DNA from: an uncultured Gemmataceae bacterium
GTDB lineage: Bacteria; Planctomycetota; Planctomycetia; Gemmatales; Gemmataceae
NCBI GenBank assembly: GCA_963750165.1
Contig: CAVVPN010000002.1
Span: 1 to 34,905 of the forward strand
Length of the DNA: 34,905 nt
Direction of reading: 5' to 3'
This document shows positions 9,765 through 19,493 of the stretch, piece by piece. The notes under the pieces were generated by a model. That model was not told the DNA's origin. It saw only the letters and a list, made by a program, of their open reading frames with translations, and did not search any database. Made by a program: the position numbers and the translations under genes. Numbering within the stretch: the stretch's first letter is position 1; the number at the start of each line of letters is the position of its first letter.

Positions 9765-10292
9765 GTGATTATGGCGATCATGCGTGTCGGTAGGTTTTGG
9801 GCGAATTTCTGTGAAGAGCCCACACCATTCCGTCGGCGCGTAACACGGAGCGTGTGTGCCCTGGCCATTCCCTCGCACTATCAACTGGACGACCATTCCT
9901 GCGCCTTCGTGACCGCGCTCAACGTACTGAAGCACTACCATCCGCTGACGTCGCCAAGGGAACTGCTAGGGATTCTTCAACCGCATCCCGGCACGGGCCG
10001 CGACCAGGGCGCCGTCATCAGGGCCTTGCGGCATTTCGGCGTGGCAGCGAGTGTGCGTGTTGGGTTGGGGCCGCGCGGCATCTTCAACCTGCTGGTGCGC
10101 AACAGCTTGGTTATCGTCACGGTCTGGCCGGAAGGAGACGAATGCGACCACTGGTGCGTAATCCGTGGCATTGACCTTGTGCGGGAGAAGATCTTCTTGG
10201 TCAACCACGGGCAGCGCCGTGGGCTGACGTGGCGCGGGTTCAGGGACGTGTGGTGGCCCCGGGGGCTGGGGCTGGCGTGCGGGAGCGTTTGA
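9765..10292 (+). CDS. C39-like cysteine peptidase
   Basis: QLDDHSC (Q..C), DHWCVIRGID (His), IFLVN; start codon uncertain. Confidence 0.78.
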   Translation: MIMAIMRVGRFWANFCEEPTPFRRRVTRSVCALAIPSHYQLDDHSCAFVTALNVLKHYHPLTSPRELLGILQPHPGTGRDQGAVIRALRHFGVAASVRVGLGPRGIFNLLVRNSLVIVTVWPEGDECDHWCVIRGIDLVREKIFLVNHGQRRGLTWRGFRDVWWPRGLGLACGSV

Positions 10293-10397
10293 CGTGCCTT
10301 CGCGTCGGGAGCTTCAGCAAGCAGTTCCCTTGGCCCTGCCGCGGCCACCTGCGCCCGGTGAGGCATTCGCCGTAAGCGCCCTCTTCGCTAGGGGACG

Positions 10398-12712
10398 CTA
10401 TTCGGCACTTTGCTGTTTCGCGGCCCAGAAACCGCCGTCCCCATCGTTCTCCAGGGTAATCCCCCGCTCGCGTTGAATCCGGTGGGGGACCTGGGCGTTG
10501 ACGGTGGCCGCCATCGAGTTCCGGTCCTTGTGCGTGAACCGCTGGGCGAGCTTATCGACAATCTTCGCTTTGGTGAGTGGCTCCGTGGCGGTAGCCGCCA
10601 GCAGGAATTCGGCGATGCTGGCGATCACCCCGGGCCTACGGGATTTATCACTACCCCTGACGGCGAGGGTAGTGCCGCCGCTACCAGTGAGCTTGCCCAG
10701 GCGCTCAAGGATCATGTCGAAATCTCGGGGGCGGTCGCTGGGGTCTTGCTCGATACACTCCTCCACCAGTTCCAGGAGTGGCTGCCACCGAGGTGGTACG
10801 CACGCCCTGAATTTCGAGCCCAGATGGGTTGCCTTGGACCAGGCGTAAATGCAAGTCTTGCCGAAAGCGTATACGTCGCTGTGGCGGCCGATCCGATCTG
10901 CCGGCAGTTCACCGAGTTGCTCCGGCGGGGCGTATTTGATGGTTCCGGCTACACTTGCGTTGAGGATAGACTTTTCCGTAGACGACAGCCCGCCCTGTGT
11001 TTCCTCATGTTCCCGCCGCAAGGCCAGCCCGAAATCGATGATTTTGACAAACCACTTCTCCCCTTCCTTGCGGACGAGGATGTTGCCCGGCTTGAGGTCA
11101 CGGTGTAGGATTCCCTGGGCGTGGGCCGCCTTCATGCCGCGGGCGATCTGATCGGCGACGGCCAACAACTGCTCCGGTTTCAGGGTGCCCCGCTGCTCCA
11201 CGAATTGTTCCAGGGTGCCGCCCATGAAGTAGGGCATGACGATGTACGGCCGGGAGAGGCTGCCGAGTTCGGCATAGCTACAGTCCAGCACGCCGATGAT
11301 GGCGGGGTGGTTCAGCCCGCTCAGGGCGTGCGCCTCGGTGAAAACCTTGTCCGGTTTTCGGGCCAACTCGGAGACGTGTAGCGCCTTGACCACCACATCC
11401 TTGTGTTGGAAGAAGACGTGCTGGCAGAGAAATACGGTGCCGAAACCACCGGCCCCGAGGATGCGCACTGGCCGGTATTTCTCCATAGGGAAGGGCGCAA
11501 ACCGTTGCCGGTCAAGCGCCGCGGCTTGGCGGATCGCCTCCAAGGCCGCATCCCATTGCTGCCGCTCCAGCGCGGCCAAGTAGGCGTTGTAAAGCACCTC
11601 CGCTTTGGCGCCGGAATCGTTCACCTTGGCGGCGACCTGCTGGAATGAGGTCTGGGCGCCGTCGAACTCCCCGACGCCGACCTGAAGTTTGCCCAGGCCG
11701 TTCAGCAAAGCGGGCATCTGCTGCCGCTGTTCCGCAGGCAGTTGGCGGAAGCGATCAAGCAGCGCGTGGACGGCTTGACGTTCGTCGTCGCCGCGAATCG
11801 AAAAGCTGTTGCGGGGGTTGATCTCGCCGCGCTGCATGCCAGCATTCGCCAGTTGACGCTGTACGTCCTGCAACAAGGATCGCACCTCGCCCGCGTTCGC
11901 CAGGTGCAACTCGTGCAGGCGCCGAATCTCGGCTTGAATGTCCAGCACCGCGTCTTCAAGCCATTCGAGTCGATCGCCCAGCTTATGCAGGGCTTGATTA
12001 AGCCCATCGAACGCCGCGGCTTGGGCGGCGGAGAGTTGTCCTAGGTTGGCGAGCAATTCGGCTTGCCCCTGAAACAGCTGCCGCTGCCCGTCGTACAGCA
12101 GGCTGCGGGCCAGTTCCGCATTCGATTCGACCTCACGACGGAAGAAGTAACCGAAGGCCAGCACCAACAGAGGCGGCCCTCCCTGGGGGGGCAGGAGGAG
12201 CAGTTGGGCCAAGTTAGGGCACTGCGGCGTCAGGGCCTTGGCGACGCCCGCGACCGCTTCGGTCGCGCCCTTGATGAGAGAATGCTGGTCTGTATAGCGC
12301 CGAAAGTCCGCGCTCTGGCGAGCAATATCCGTGCGGTCCATGTTGTCGGCGGAAAGCAGCCTGGCTTTGAATGCCTTGTTGAGTTCGCTCAAGCAGGTGT
12401 CTCGAAAGGTGGGCGGCGATCCCTCAAAGGCGATGGGATTGCTGGTCAGAAAGCGGCCGACCTGCTCACGGAAGGCTTTCTCCTCAGCCGAGGCGAACAC
12501 CAGACGTTTGGCCTTGTCGAAAAGGCCATCACCGGCCAAGGCGACGCCCAAGGCTTTCCACGACCTGTCGTTGGCGGTTGCGAGCGCCGGGGCAGATTCT
12601 GGCTGGGGTCGGTGAAGTGCCGCTCGACGGCCGCCGCCACGCGATCAACCCCCTCCACGCCGAGAACCTGGCGGACACTAAAGCAGACGAGGCTGGAAAT
12701 GACGGAATGCAT
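10398..12712 (-). CDS. Ser/Thr protein kinase with N-terminal helical/TPR region and C-terminal wHTH-like domain (frameshift near 12588)
   Basis: GAGGFG, VVVK, HRDLKPGN, DFG, GTIKYAPPE, SDVYAFG; TPR-like LLNGLGKLQVGVGEFDGAQ; the N-terminus MHSVISSL.. joins after adding one base. Confidence 0.88.
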
Positions 12713-13166
12713 GAGGCGCTCCTCCAAGGGCGCGACTGGCACGTTGCCGGCCGTTTCACGGGCCAGTGTATGCCGGGCGCCAAGTCGTTTCCAGCGATGA
12801 TTTCAGGATTTGCGCAAAAGGGCAGAATGCGGGGGTGGACTGCCGCAGCTGGACGAATGCCGCTGCACGGGAAGGACAATACGAGCCACAGCGACACGGT
12901 GACGCCGAACGCCGCGAAGATCGTGCGGCGCCAGGAAGCGTTGATGCGGGCGGTGCTGGTTGCTGGGGACTTCGGCCTGATCGTGCTGGGCGCCAGCCAC
13001 GGCATGCCGCCGACGGCAACTTCGGAGGAGGTTGCCAACCCCGCCCCCCGGCAATCTTCTGGCCGTACAAGTCATGGGTTGCAAATACTCCTCAACGAAC
13101 CCAGAATGAGGTTGGGCTGTCACTATACAAATGGCAATCGCCCCTACGTCCCACAAGGAGAGCCCG

Positions 13167-14204
13167 ATGCCCCCGTCCATCGCCAGTGAACGGTTCGAGG
13201 AGATCGTCAAGGCCGCCGACCCCGTTGCCAAAATCCTGGGCATGGTCAACTCATCCCCGCCCACCGTCGAGGACGACTGGCTTGACTGCAAGCAGGAGCC
13301 GACCGACTCGAACGACCCCAAGCAGCGCGACAGCAAGATGAAAGGGATGTGGCTGCAGGCGCTGTCGGGGTTCAGCAACAACGAGGGCGGCGTCATCATT
13401 TGGGGCCTTGACGCCAGGAAGGACAGAAAGGACAAGAAGTCGTCCATTGACCAGATAAACGGCGTGAAACCAGTCAACGACCCGCAGGGGTTGCGGGCGA
13501 AACTCCTGGAGTGGCGGCGACAGGCCACCGACCCGCCGGTGGGCAACGTCCAGGTGCAAGCCTACGATCACCCGAGGGAGGCCGGGAAGGGCTTCGTGGT
13601 CTGCTTCATCCCGGAAGGGCCGCACAAGCCGTACCGCACCAACGAGGGCGACCGGTCGCAATACTACCTGCGGACGACGGACAGCTTTGTTGTCATGAGC
13701 CCGGCCATCCTGCGGGCCATGTTTTACCCCCGCACCAGGGCCGTGTTCCACGTCGAAGTTGAGATGAGTTGGGAGTTCTCCACTAGAAACGTGCCGTTTG
13801 CGCCCGCCCATGAGGCCAAAGTCACCGCCGTGGTGCGGGCGACAAACAAGGGAATGGCGACCGCGAAGGAAATTACGGTGCGCTGGGACCACCGCGTCCA
13901 CAAACTGCAAGGTTTGTTCACCCAGATGGGGCATGGGTGGCAAATTGAAACCGGGTACGTCCGGTGCCTGGTGGGCATGAATCCAGGCATGCCGATGTTC
14001 GAAATGGGGACTTGGAGTTGGACCGCTGAGGGCGTTATCCGTACAGACCACCGCGTCACGCCATTCCCTGACGACCCCGAGTTCAGGTTCGCGTTCTACG
14101 CGGAGAACCAGGAACCGCAGTACCTAGTCGCCCGGTTCAGTGCGGAAGAATTAGCTGACAACCGTCGAGTTATCGTAGAGGCATCAACCGGCGAGCCGTT
14201 TTGA
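13167..14204 (+). CDS. Schlafen/AlbA_2-domain protein
   Basis: EDDWLDCK, LSGFSNNEGGVIIWG, PHKPY..YYLR motifs; AAGGAG RBS before ATG at 13167. Confidence 0.82.
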   Translation: MPPSIASERFEEIVKAADPVAKILGMVNSSPPTVEDDWLDCKQEPTDSNDPKQRDSKMKGMWLQALSGFSNNEGGVIIWGLDARKDRKDKKSSIDQINGVKPVNDPQGLRAKLLEWRRQATDPPVGNVQVQAYDHPREAGKGFVVCFIPEGPHKPYRTNEGDRSQYYLRTTDSFVVMSPAILRAMFYPRTRAVFHVEVEMSWEFSTRNVPFAPAHEAKVTAVVRATNKGMATAKEITVRWDHRVHKLQGLFTQMGHGWQIETGYVRCLVGMNPGMPMFEMGTWSWTAEGVIRTDHRVTPFPDDPEFRFAFYAENQEPQYLVARFSAEELADNRRVIVEASTGEPF

Positions 14205-14247
14205 GGTGATGCTAGGCAGTATCCCCACTGGATTTGATGAGGACTGA

Positions 14248-15682
14248 ATGTTGAAAACCTCATTTTATACACAAGCGATGACAGCGGACGGCAAAACCGT
14301 TTCCATCCCGCTTGGCGACTTCCGCCAAGAGAAAGGCCCTTGGCCCATCAAGTTCGGTGTTCCCGTAGAACAGGCCGGACATTGGCTCCAGCACCTGCAA
14401 GCAGAATGCGGGCCTCGAGGCTGGGGCTACTCCAGCACCAGCGAAGCTAACCAAAAGGAGAACAGCGGTAGCATTACGATCCGCGCCGGGGCTATTGTAC
14501 CCTGCCCTGAACTGATCGTTGTTTGGAAGAGGCGCCGAGGTGGGACAATCGGCGTAAAGGCGCGACCTGCCGGAACTCCAGAACTGGATCGACCTACCGC
14601 GGACGAGTTCTTCGCCCGCGTGAACGATCGCGCGCGGCTAAACCAGCTTGAGAAAATTTACTGCCGCAGGGAGATTTACTACGATGGTCTTCCCTGGCTC
14701 GGCGAGTTGTGGCTGGATGATTCGCTCAGGCTCGGTCCACCATCACGGCAATACGAGGAGGCGTTGTGCGGCCCCCGGGTCATCCTTGTGGACGCCGAGG
14801 TTGAGGCGATTGACGGCCACGACGCTGGCTGCGTCTTCGACCTGAAGTTGCGCGAACTGTCGGTTTTCCTCAGCATCGTCATGCGGACGAGCGTGGAGTG
14901 TCCCAAACTCGGGCGCGAGTGGGTGTTCGATGTCTTACCGGACGGACAGGCAAATAGCGAGGCTCGCCAACTCGGCTACCACGAACCGAACCGCCTCTCC
15001 GCAATGCCAGCGAAAGGAACGTCACCACCGATTCCGCTCCATCCTGTCAGCAGGCCAGACTTTTCCGAACCAGTCATCTACTGCGAATGGAAGCAAGAGA
15101 AACTGCCCTGGGACGTGGTGGACCTGTGGCGAGCCTACACCTCGTTATCGGACGAAGCGCGACGGCGATTCTTACAGGCCGGCAACCTTTATCGCCGGGC
15201 CATCTCACTCGGACGCGACGAGCAGACGCTCCGCGTGGCCCTGATGGTGGTCACCTGTGAGGCGCTGAAACTGCCGGAGCAGAAGTACGACGGGCATAAC
15301 GCCGCGAGCGTCGTCCAGGCACTGCTGGGGAACGCCGCCGGAGCGGTAATACTCGGGAAGGACGTTCACCCCTTGGGGGTCCGCAACATGCACCTGCACC
15401 GCGGGGAGTTCAAGGGAGGTGAGTTCCTGAAGTTGGTCACCGAGTCCAGCGACCGCGACCCCACCTTCGACCAGCGTAGCAGAGAACTTGGCGCCATCAC
15501 CTGCCGCCATCGTCGAATGGCTGAGGAAGGGCGGCACCTACACCCTGCCGCCGAAACGGTTTGCTGCTCGCACTCGTTGGGGCCGAGGAACCATCACCCT
15601 TCTGCTTATGGCAGCCGGGGCCATCCTTGCTGGCGGCGCAGTCCTCGGCTGGCTTCTCCACGGCCTATTTGCCGGAAGTTGA
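14248..15682 (+). CDS. HEPN-like (ApeA-type) protein with C-terminal TM helix (frameshift near 15500)
   Basis: ALMVVTCEAL and RNMHLH (Rx4H) motifs; the +1 frame continues AAIVEWL..ITLLLMAAGAILAGGAVLGWLL. Confidence 0.55.
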
Positions 15683-15974
15683 TCTGGTCTAACGGCAGGG
15701 GCTGCCACTACCACAAATATGGATGGGCCAACGAGCTTTGCACCGGTGGTCACTGCGGCCGGGGGCCACGCGGTAGCGGCCTCCGCGTGGCCCCCGGGCT
15801 TTGCTCTCCAAACCGTTGGGCCGGGTAGCTTACATGCGCCCTGACGGCGCCTAAAGGGGTGGGCCAGGTATGCCCCGAACACCAGACGCCCCAGCCGCTG
15901 TTATCATTCTCGTCCGTGCTTTACTGGACACCGTGCCAAGTCCCATTCTACCGTCTGGCCATCCCTCTGTATTG

Positions 15975-16019
15975 TTTACCCAACCTCGGTTGCCCTGCCC
16001 AACCACGATTGGGTAAAAT
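15975..16019 (+). promoter_or_regulatory. Promoter with two palindromic operators upstream of XRE-integrase
   Basis: CAACCTCGGTTG (15981-15992) and CAACCACGATTG (16000-16011); outer inverted repeat TTTACCCAA/TTGGGTAAA; TTGCCC-18 nt-TAAAAT. Confidence 0.55.
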
Positions 16020-16060
16020 GGGCAGTGGAGGTGCGCAATTAGGCTGTAGGAGGAATTGGC

Positions 16061-16315
16061 GTGAGCGACTTCGGTACCAACCTGAAACGTCTGCGGGCGG
16101 CCAAGGGGCTGACGGTCTACCGTCTGGCTCAGCTGTCCGGCGTGACCGAACAGAACATCGCCAAGCTGGAAGAGGGGGGCAACCCCAAGCTGACCACGCT
16201 GGTCAAGCTGGCCGCTGGCCTGGGCGTGCCCGTGGCCGAACTGATTCCCGCGGCCAAACCCGCCCGCAAAAGCAAAGCGGCCGGCAAGGGTGTTACCAGC
16301 ACCCCGCCGGCCTGA
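16061..16315 (+). CDS. XRE/Cro-C1 family repressor
   Basis: LKRLRAAKGLTVYRLAQLSGV..IAKLEEG.NPKLTTLVKLA; AGGAGG RBS. Confidence 0.92.
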   Translation: MSDFGTNLKRLRAAKGLTVYRLAQLSGVTEQNIAKLEEGGNPKLTTLVKLAAGLGVPVAELIPAAKPARKSKAAGKGVTSTPPA

Positions 16316-16344
16316 ACACCACGACCCTGGATAGGAGGATCGCA

Positions 16345-18146
16345 ATGTCTGCCAAACAGTTTAACCGACCCGCCACCGCAAACGGCAAGACCGTGCGTGT
16401 GGCCTGCTACTACCGCATGTCAACGGCTGAGCAGGACGGCAGCATCGACCGCCAGCGCAGTCAGGTCCGGCCTTACTGCAAACAGAAGGGCTACGCCATC
16501 GTCCAGGAGTACGTTGACGAGGGCATCGCCGGGGACCGCGACGACCGGCCCGGCTTCCTCAAGCTGATGGCAGACGCCAAGGCCGGCCTGTTCAGCCGCA
16601 TTGTGTTGGACGAGCCGAGCCGGCTGAGCCGCGCCGACCCCCTCGACTTTCTGGCCAAGGTCGCCCACCCCCTGCGGGCGCAGGCGTTACCGTCGATACC
16701 GTGGCAGACGGCGAGCAGGGCTGGGACGACCTGGCGGCCATCATCATGGCCACCGTCAAGGCTGACCGCAGTTCGGGCGAGGTCAAGAAACTGTCGCACC
16801 GCGTCCTGTCCGGCATGGCCAAACTCGCCGCCGGCGGGCACGTCCTCGCCGCCGCTCCCTACGGCTACAAGATCGAGTATGAAACGGTGGAGTTGCCGGG
16901 CAAGCCGCCCAAAACAAGGCCCGTCAAACTGGTGTCTGACCCCGCCCGGGCTCGTCACGTCACCTGGCTGTTCTCTACCTACGCGGCCGGCGGGCGCACC
17001 CTGGACTCGCTCTGCAAGGAACTGAACGCCCGCAACGCCCTGCCCCCGGCCGGCAACGGCGGCCGCCGGCCCAAGTACGGCCCGAAAGGGCCGCCACGCT
17101 GGACCCGGTACGTCGTAAGGACCATCTTGCGCAACCCGCGGTACACCGGCTGCCAGGTCTGGAACTGCCGCACCCGGAGCAAATACCACACCCTCGCCGA
17201 AGGGGGAAGGCTGGAGGTCAAGAGCCGACACGGTGAGGGGAGTAAGCCCCTGCAACGCGAGCCGTTCAACGACCGCTCTGCATGGGTGGTCGTCCCCAAC
17301 GCTCACGAACCACTTACCGACCAGAAGACTTTTGATGCCGTTCAGGCCCGGCTGGCAGACCACTCCCACAGCGGCCGCGGCTCCAACCTCGGCGCCTACC
17401 TGTTCAGCGGCCTGGGCGTTTGCCTGCACTGCGGCCGTAGTTTGAAGGGCGCCAGCAAGGGCGGCCGGCGCTACTACATTTGCGCTGCCTACGATGCGGC
17501 CGGTGTCAAGGTGTGCCAGTACGGGACGATCAGGGAGGACGTGTTACTGGCCAAGCTCTTGGAGGTGATGAAGCAAACCTTCCTTGACCCCGACCACCGG
17601 AGCGACCTGCTGGCCCGCGCCAGGGCCAAGCTGGAGCGGGAAGTCCGGCCCGAGACTTTGGAACCGCTGCGCCGGCAGCTGGCCAAGTTGGAGACGGACA
17701 TTGCCCACGGCAACCGCAACCTGCTGTTACTGCCGCCGGAGCGCGTGGCTGTGGCAGTGGAGACGTTGAAGGCGTGGGAGGCCGAACGGGACCGGCTACG
17801 GGAGGAACTGAACGAGCGCGAACACGGCTCGCCGGTAACCGACCTGGAGGCCACCTTCAGGGCTGTCGAGGAGTGGCTGGGCCAGCTGGAGGAGTTGGTC
17901 AAGCGTGGGGCCAAGCTGGGCACGTTGCCGCGGCTGCGGGACGCCATCCGGGCAGGGCTGGCCCGGTTCGCGGTGCGGTGGGAACACCGACGCATGAAGA
18001 AACGGGTTCGACACGACTTGGCCGACGGCGTGTTCCACCTGTGGGACGCGCGGGGGGTCGTGAAGCAAGTATCCTGGGGTAAACACGGTTGGCCGTCCAC
18101 CCGACACACGAACCGCCAGGCGCCCTGGTTGTTGATGAACTTGTAA
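16345..18146 (+). CDS. Large serine recombinase/integrase (frameshift near 16678)
   Basis: YYRMST, DEGIAG, DRPGF, SRLSR; PYGY, ILRNPRYTG, HEPL; zinc ribbon YLFSGLGVCLHCG..YYIC..C; coiled coil. Confidence 0.93.
18072..18088. other. Right attachment junction of element A
   Basis: TCCTGGGGTAA-ACA-CGG, where capsid coding similarity ends. Confidence 0.72.
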
Positions 18147-18886
18147 TGTTCGCTGAAGGCGATCTCGATCATCTGGCGGTCGCCCACCAGGTAGTGCTGC
18201 AGGTTGAGCAACAGGATGTCGCCGAGCGTGTTCAGCGCCGGCAACTTTTCGCTGACCACGATGGGGATGCCGAACAACTGCATCCGCGGCGCGTCCTGGG
18301 CGTTGCTCAGGAAAATGTTGGGGCTGCCGGCGGCGGTGGCGGCCATCGTCAGCAGCTTGACCAGCACCGTCGGGTGGATGGCCCAGACGCTGCTGCGGGC
18401 GTTCCAGCCCGGCAGCATGCGGCCGAGCATGCCGCCCACGTCCGCCAACGTCACCGCGCTCGCGCCGGAGCGCGTCACGGACACCAGTGCCGTCGCGTTG
18501 AGGATGCCCAGCGGTTTGCCGGCGCCGTCACCGCGCAGGAAGGCGTAATCCTTGTACCAACCCAGGGCGTTGCCGAAGATTTGCAGCAGCAGTGCCTCCA
18601 GGCCGACGGCGTTGTCGTTCAGCAGCGCGTTCGAGGCGAGCGTGTAGCCGCTCAGCTCGTGGGCCGTCAGGCGGATCTGCTTGAACGTCGGCTCCTTCTC
18701 GGTCAGCTGCTGCGCCTCCACGGACCAGGTGGCGGTGACGCCACCGAAGTACGCGGTGTCGCCGGCCTGCGGCGGCGTGGTCACGTCCAGGGCCGGGATC
18801 TCGATGGACTGCGACGCCATCGGCACCCGCGTCGCCCGGCTCTCGACCACGCCTGTCTCCGCCGACAGCATCAGCAGATTCGGCAG
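18086..18886 (-). pseudogene. Internal fragment of an HK97-fold major capsid protein gene, cut at both ends
   Basis: EPTFKQIRLTAHELSGYTLASNALLND, AFLRGDGAGKPLGILNA, WAIHP, LFGIPIVVSEKLP, YLVGDRQ, WRFVCRVDGQP; lacks both the N-terminal GGY.VP region and the C-terminal tail. Confidence 0.9.
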
Positions 18887-19003
18887 GGACTTGGTTGCGT
18901 ACAACCGGGCGGTAGGCAGGTTGCAACCGGCGGAATTCCAAGGGATTTCGCTACCGGCTGGTTGCGGAGACACCTTCCATCCGCCTCCCGCCTGGTTGGA
19001 ACT

Positions 19004-19023
19004 GTAACAGCTTGTGTAACACC
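19004..19023 (+). repeat. Integrase arm-type site, left copy
   Basis: GTAACAGCTTGTGTAACACC, 17/20 identical to 34801-34820. Confidence 0.7.
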
Positions 19024-19024
19024 C

Positions 19025-19059
19025 GGGGCCGGGCCGCACGGCGCTGCGAGCCCGGCCCC
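19025..19059 (-). terminator. GC-rich hairpin closing the leftward operon of element B
   Basis: GGGGCCGGGC / GCCCGGCCCC 10-bp stem, 30 nt downstream of the stop at 19089; weak U-tract. Confidence 0.45.
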
Positions 19060-19088
19060 AATGGTTGACGTGTGAAGCATTCGGCGGC

Positions 19089-19478
19089 TCAGTCGGGCGG
19101 CGCGTCCTGCCCGGGGGGCCAGGCCCGGCGGACGCAGCGCGCCGCCGCCCGTAGTTGCCCCAGCGCCTGCCGCAGTCCCGGCGCCCGCCCCAGCTTCAGC
19201 CGCCCCACCTCCAGGGCCGCCAGCAGCAGCGCCGCCCGCGCCCAGGGCCACGGGCCGGCGTCCGGCCCCGGCTCCACGACCAGGTCGGCGGCGCGGCCGA
19301 ACAGCAGCCCCTGAAAGCCGACGCCCACGGCGTGCAGCCAGCACGCCGCCCCCTCCAGGCGCGCCTCGACCGCCAGGGAGCCGTCGTACACCCGGGCCGC
19401 GGCGAACAGGCGGGCGCCGGCCTCCCCCCACTGCCGCCTGAAGTCCGCCCACAGCGCCTCGGTCAACGCGTCGGCCAC
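19089..19478 (-). CDS. Hypothetical protein
   Basis: GGAGGGG RBS and GTG start directly after the tape-measure-like gene. Confidence 0.6.
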   Translation of the reverse strand: MADALTEALWADFRRQWGEAGARLFAAARVYDGSLAVEARLEGAACWLHAVGVGFQGLLFGRAADLVVEPGPDAGPWPWARAALLLAALEVGRLKLGRAPGLRQALGQLRAAARCVRRAWPPGQDAPPD

Positions 19479-19493
19479 GTCCCCTCCGGTGCC

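Larger units (their letters stand above)
1..18086. mobile_element. Element A: serine-integrase satellite-like integrative element inserted in a phage major capsid gene
   Basis: XRE plus large serine recombinase at the right end; terminal inverted repeat TTACCCCAGGA (5-15) / TCCTGGGGTAA (18072-18082); capsid similarity stops abruptly at 18086; carries replication, partial head/tail and cargo genes but no capsid, portal or TerL. Confidence 0.8.

Noticed and set aside
12780..13130. Possible gene or remnant between the kinase and Schlafen genes (..RQEALMRAVLVAGDFGLIVLGASH..)
   Set aside because: A short protein-like stretch without a convincing start, RBS or family assignment; may be a fragment
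17489..19039. 516-aa ORF as a complete capsid protein
   Set aside because: Only 18086-18886 is capsid-like; the N-terminal part is att-region DNA and the C-terminal part is the antisense of the serine integrase
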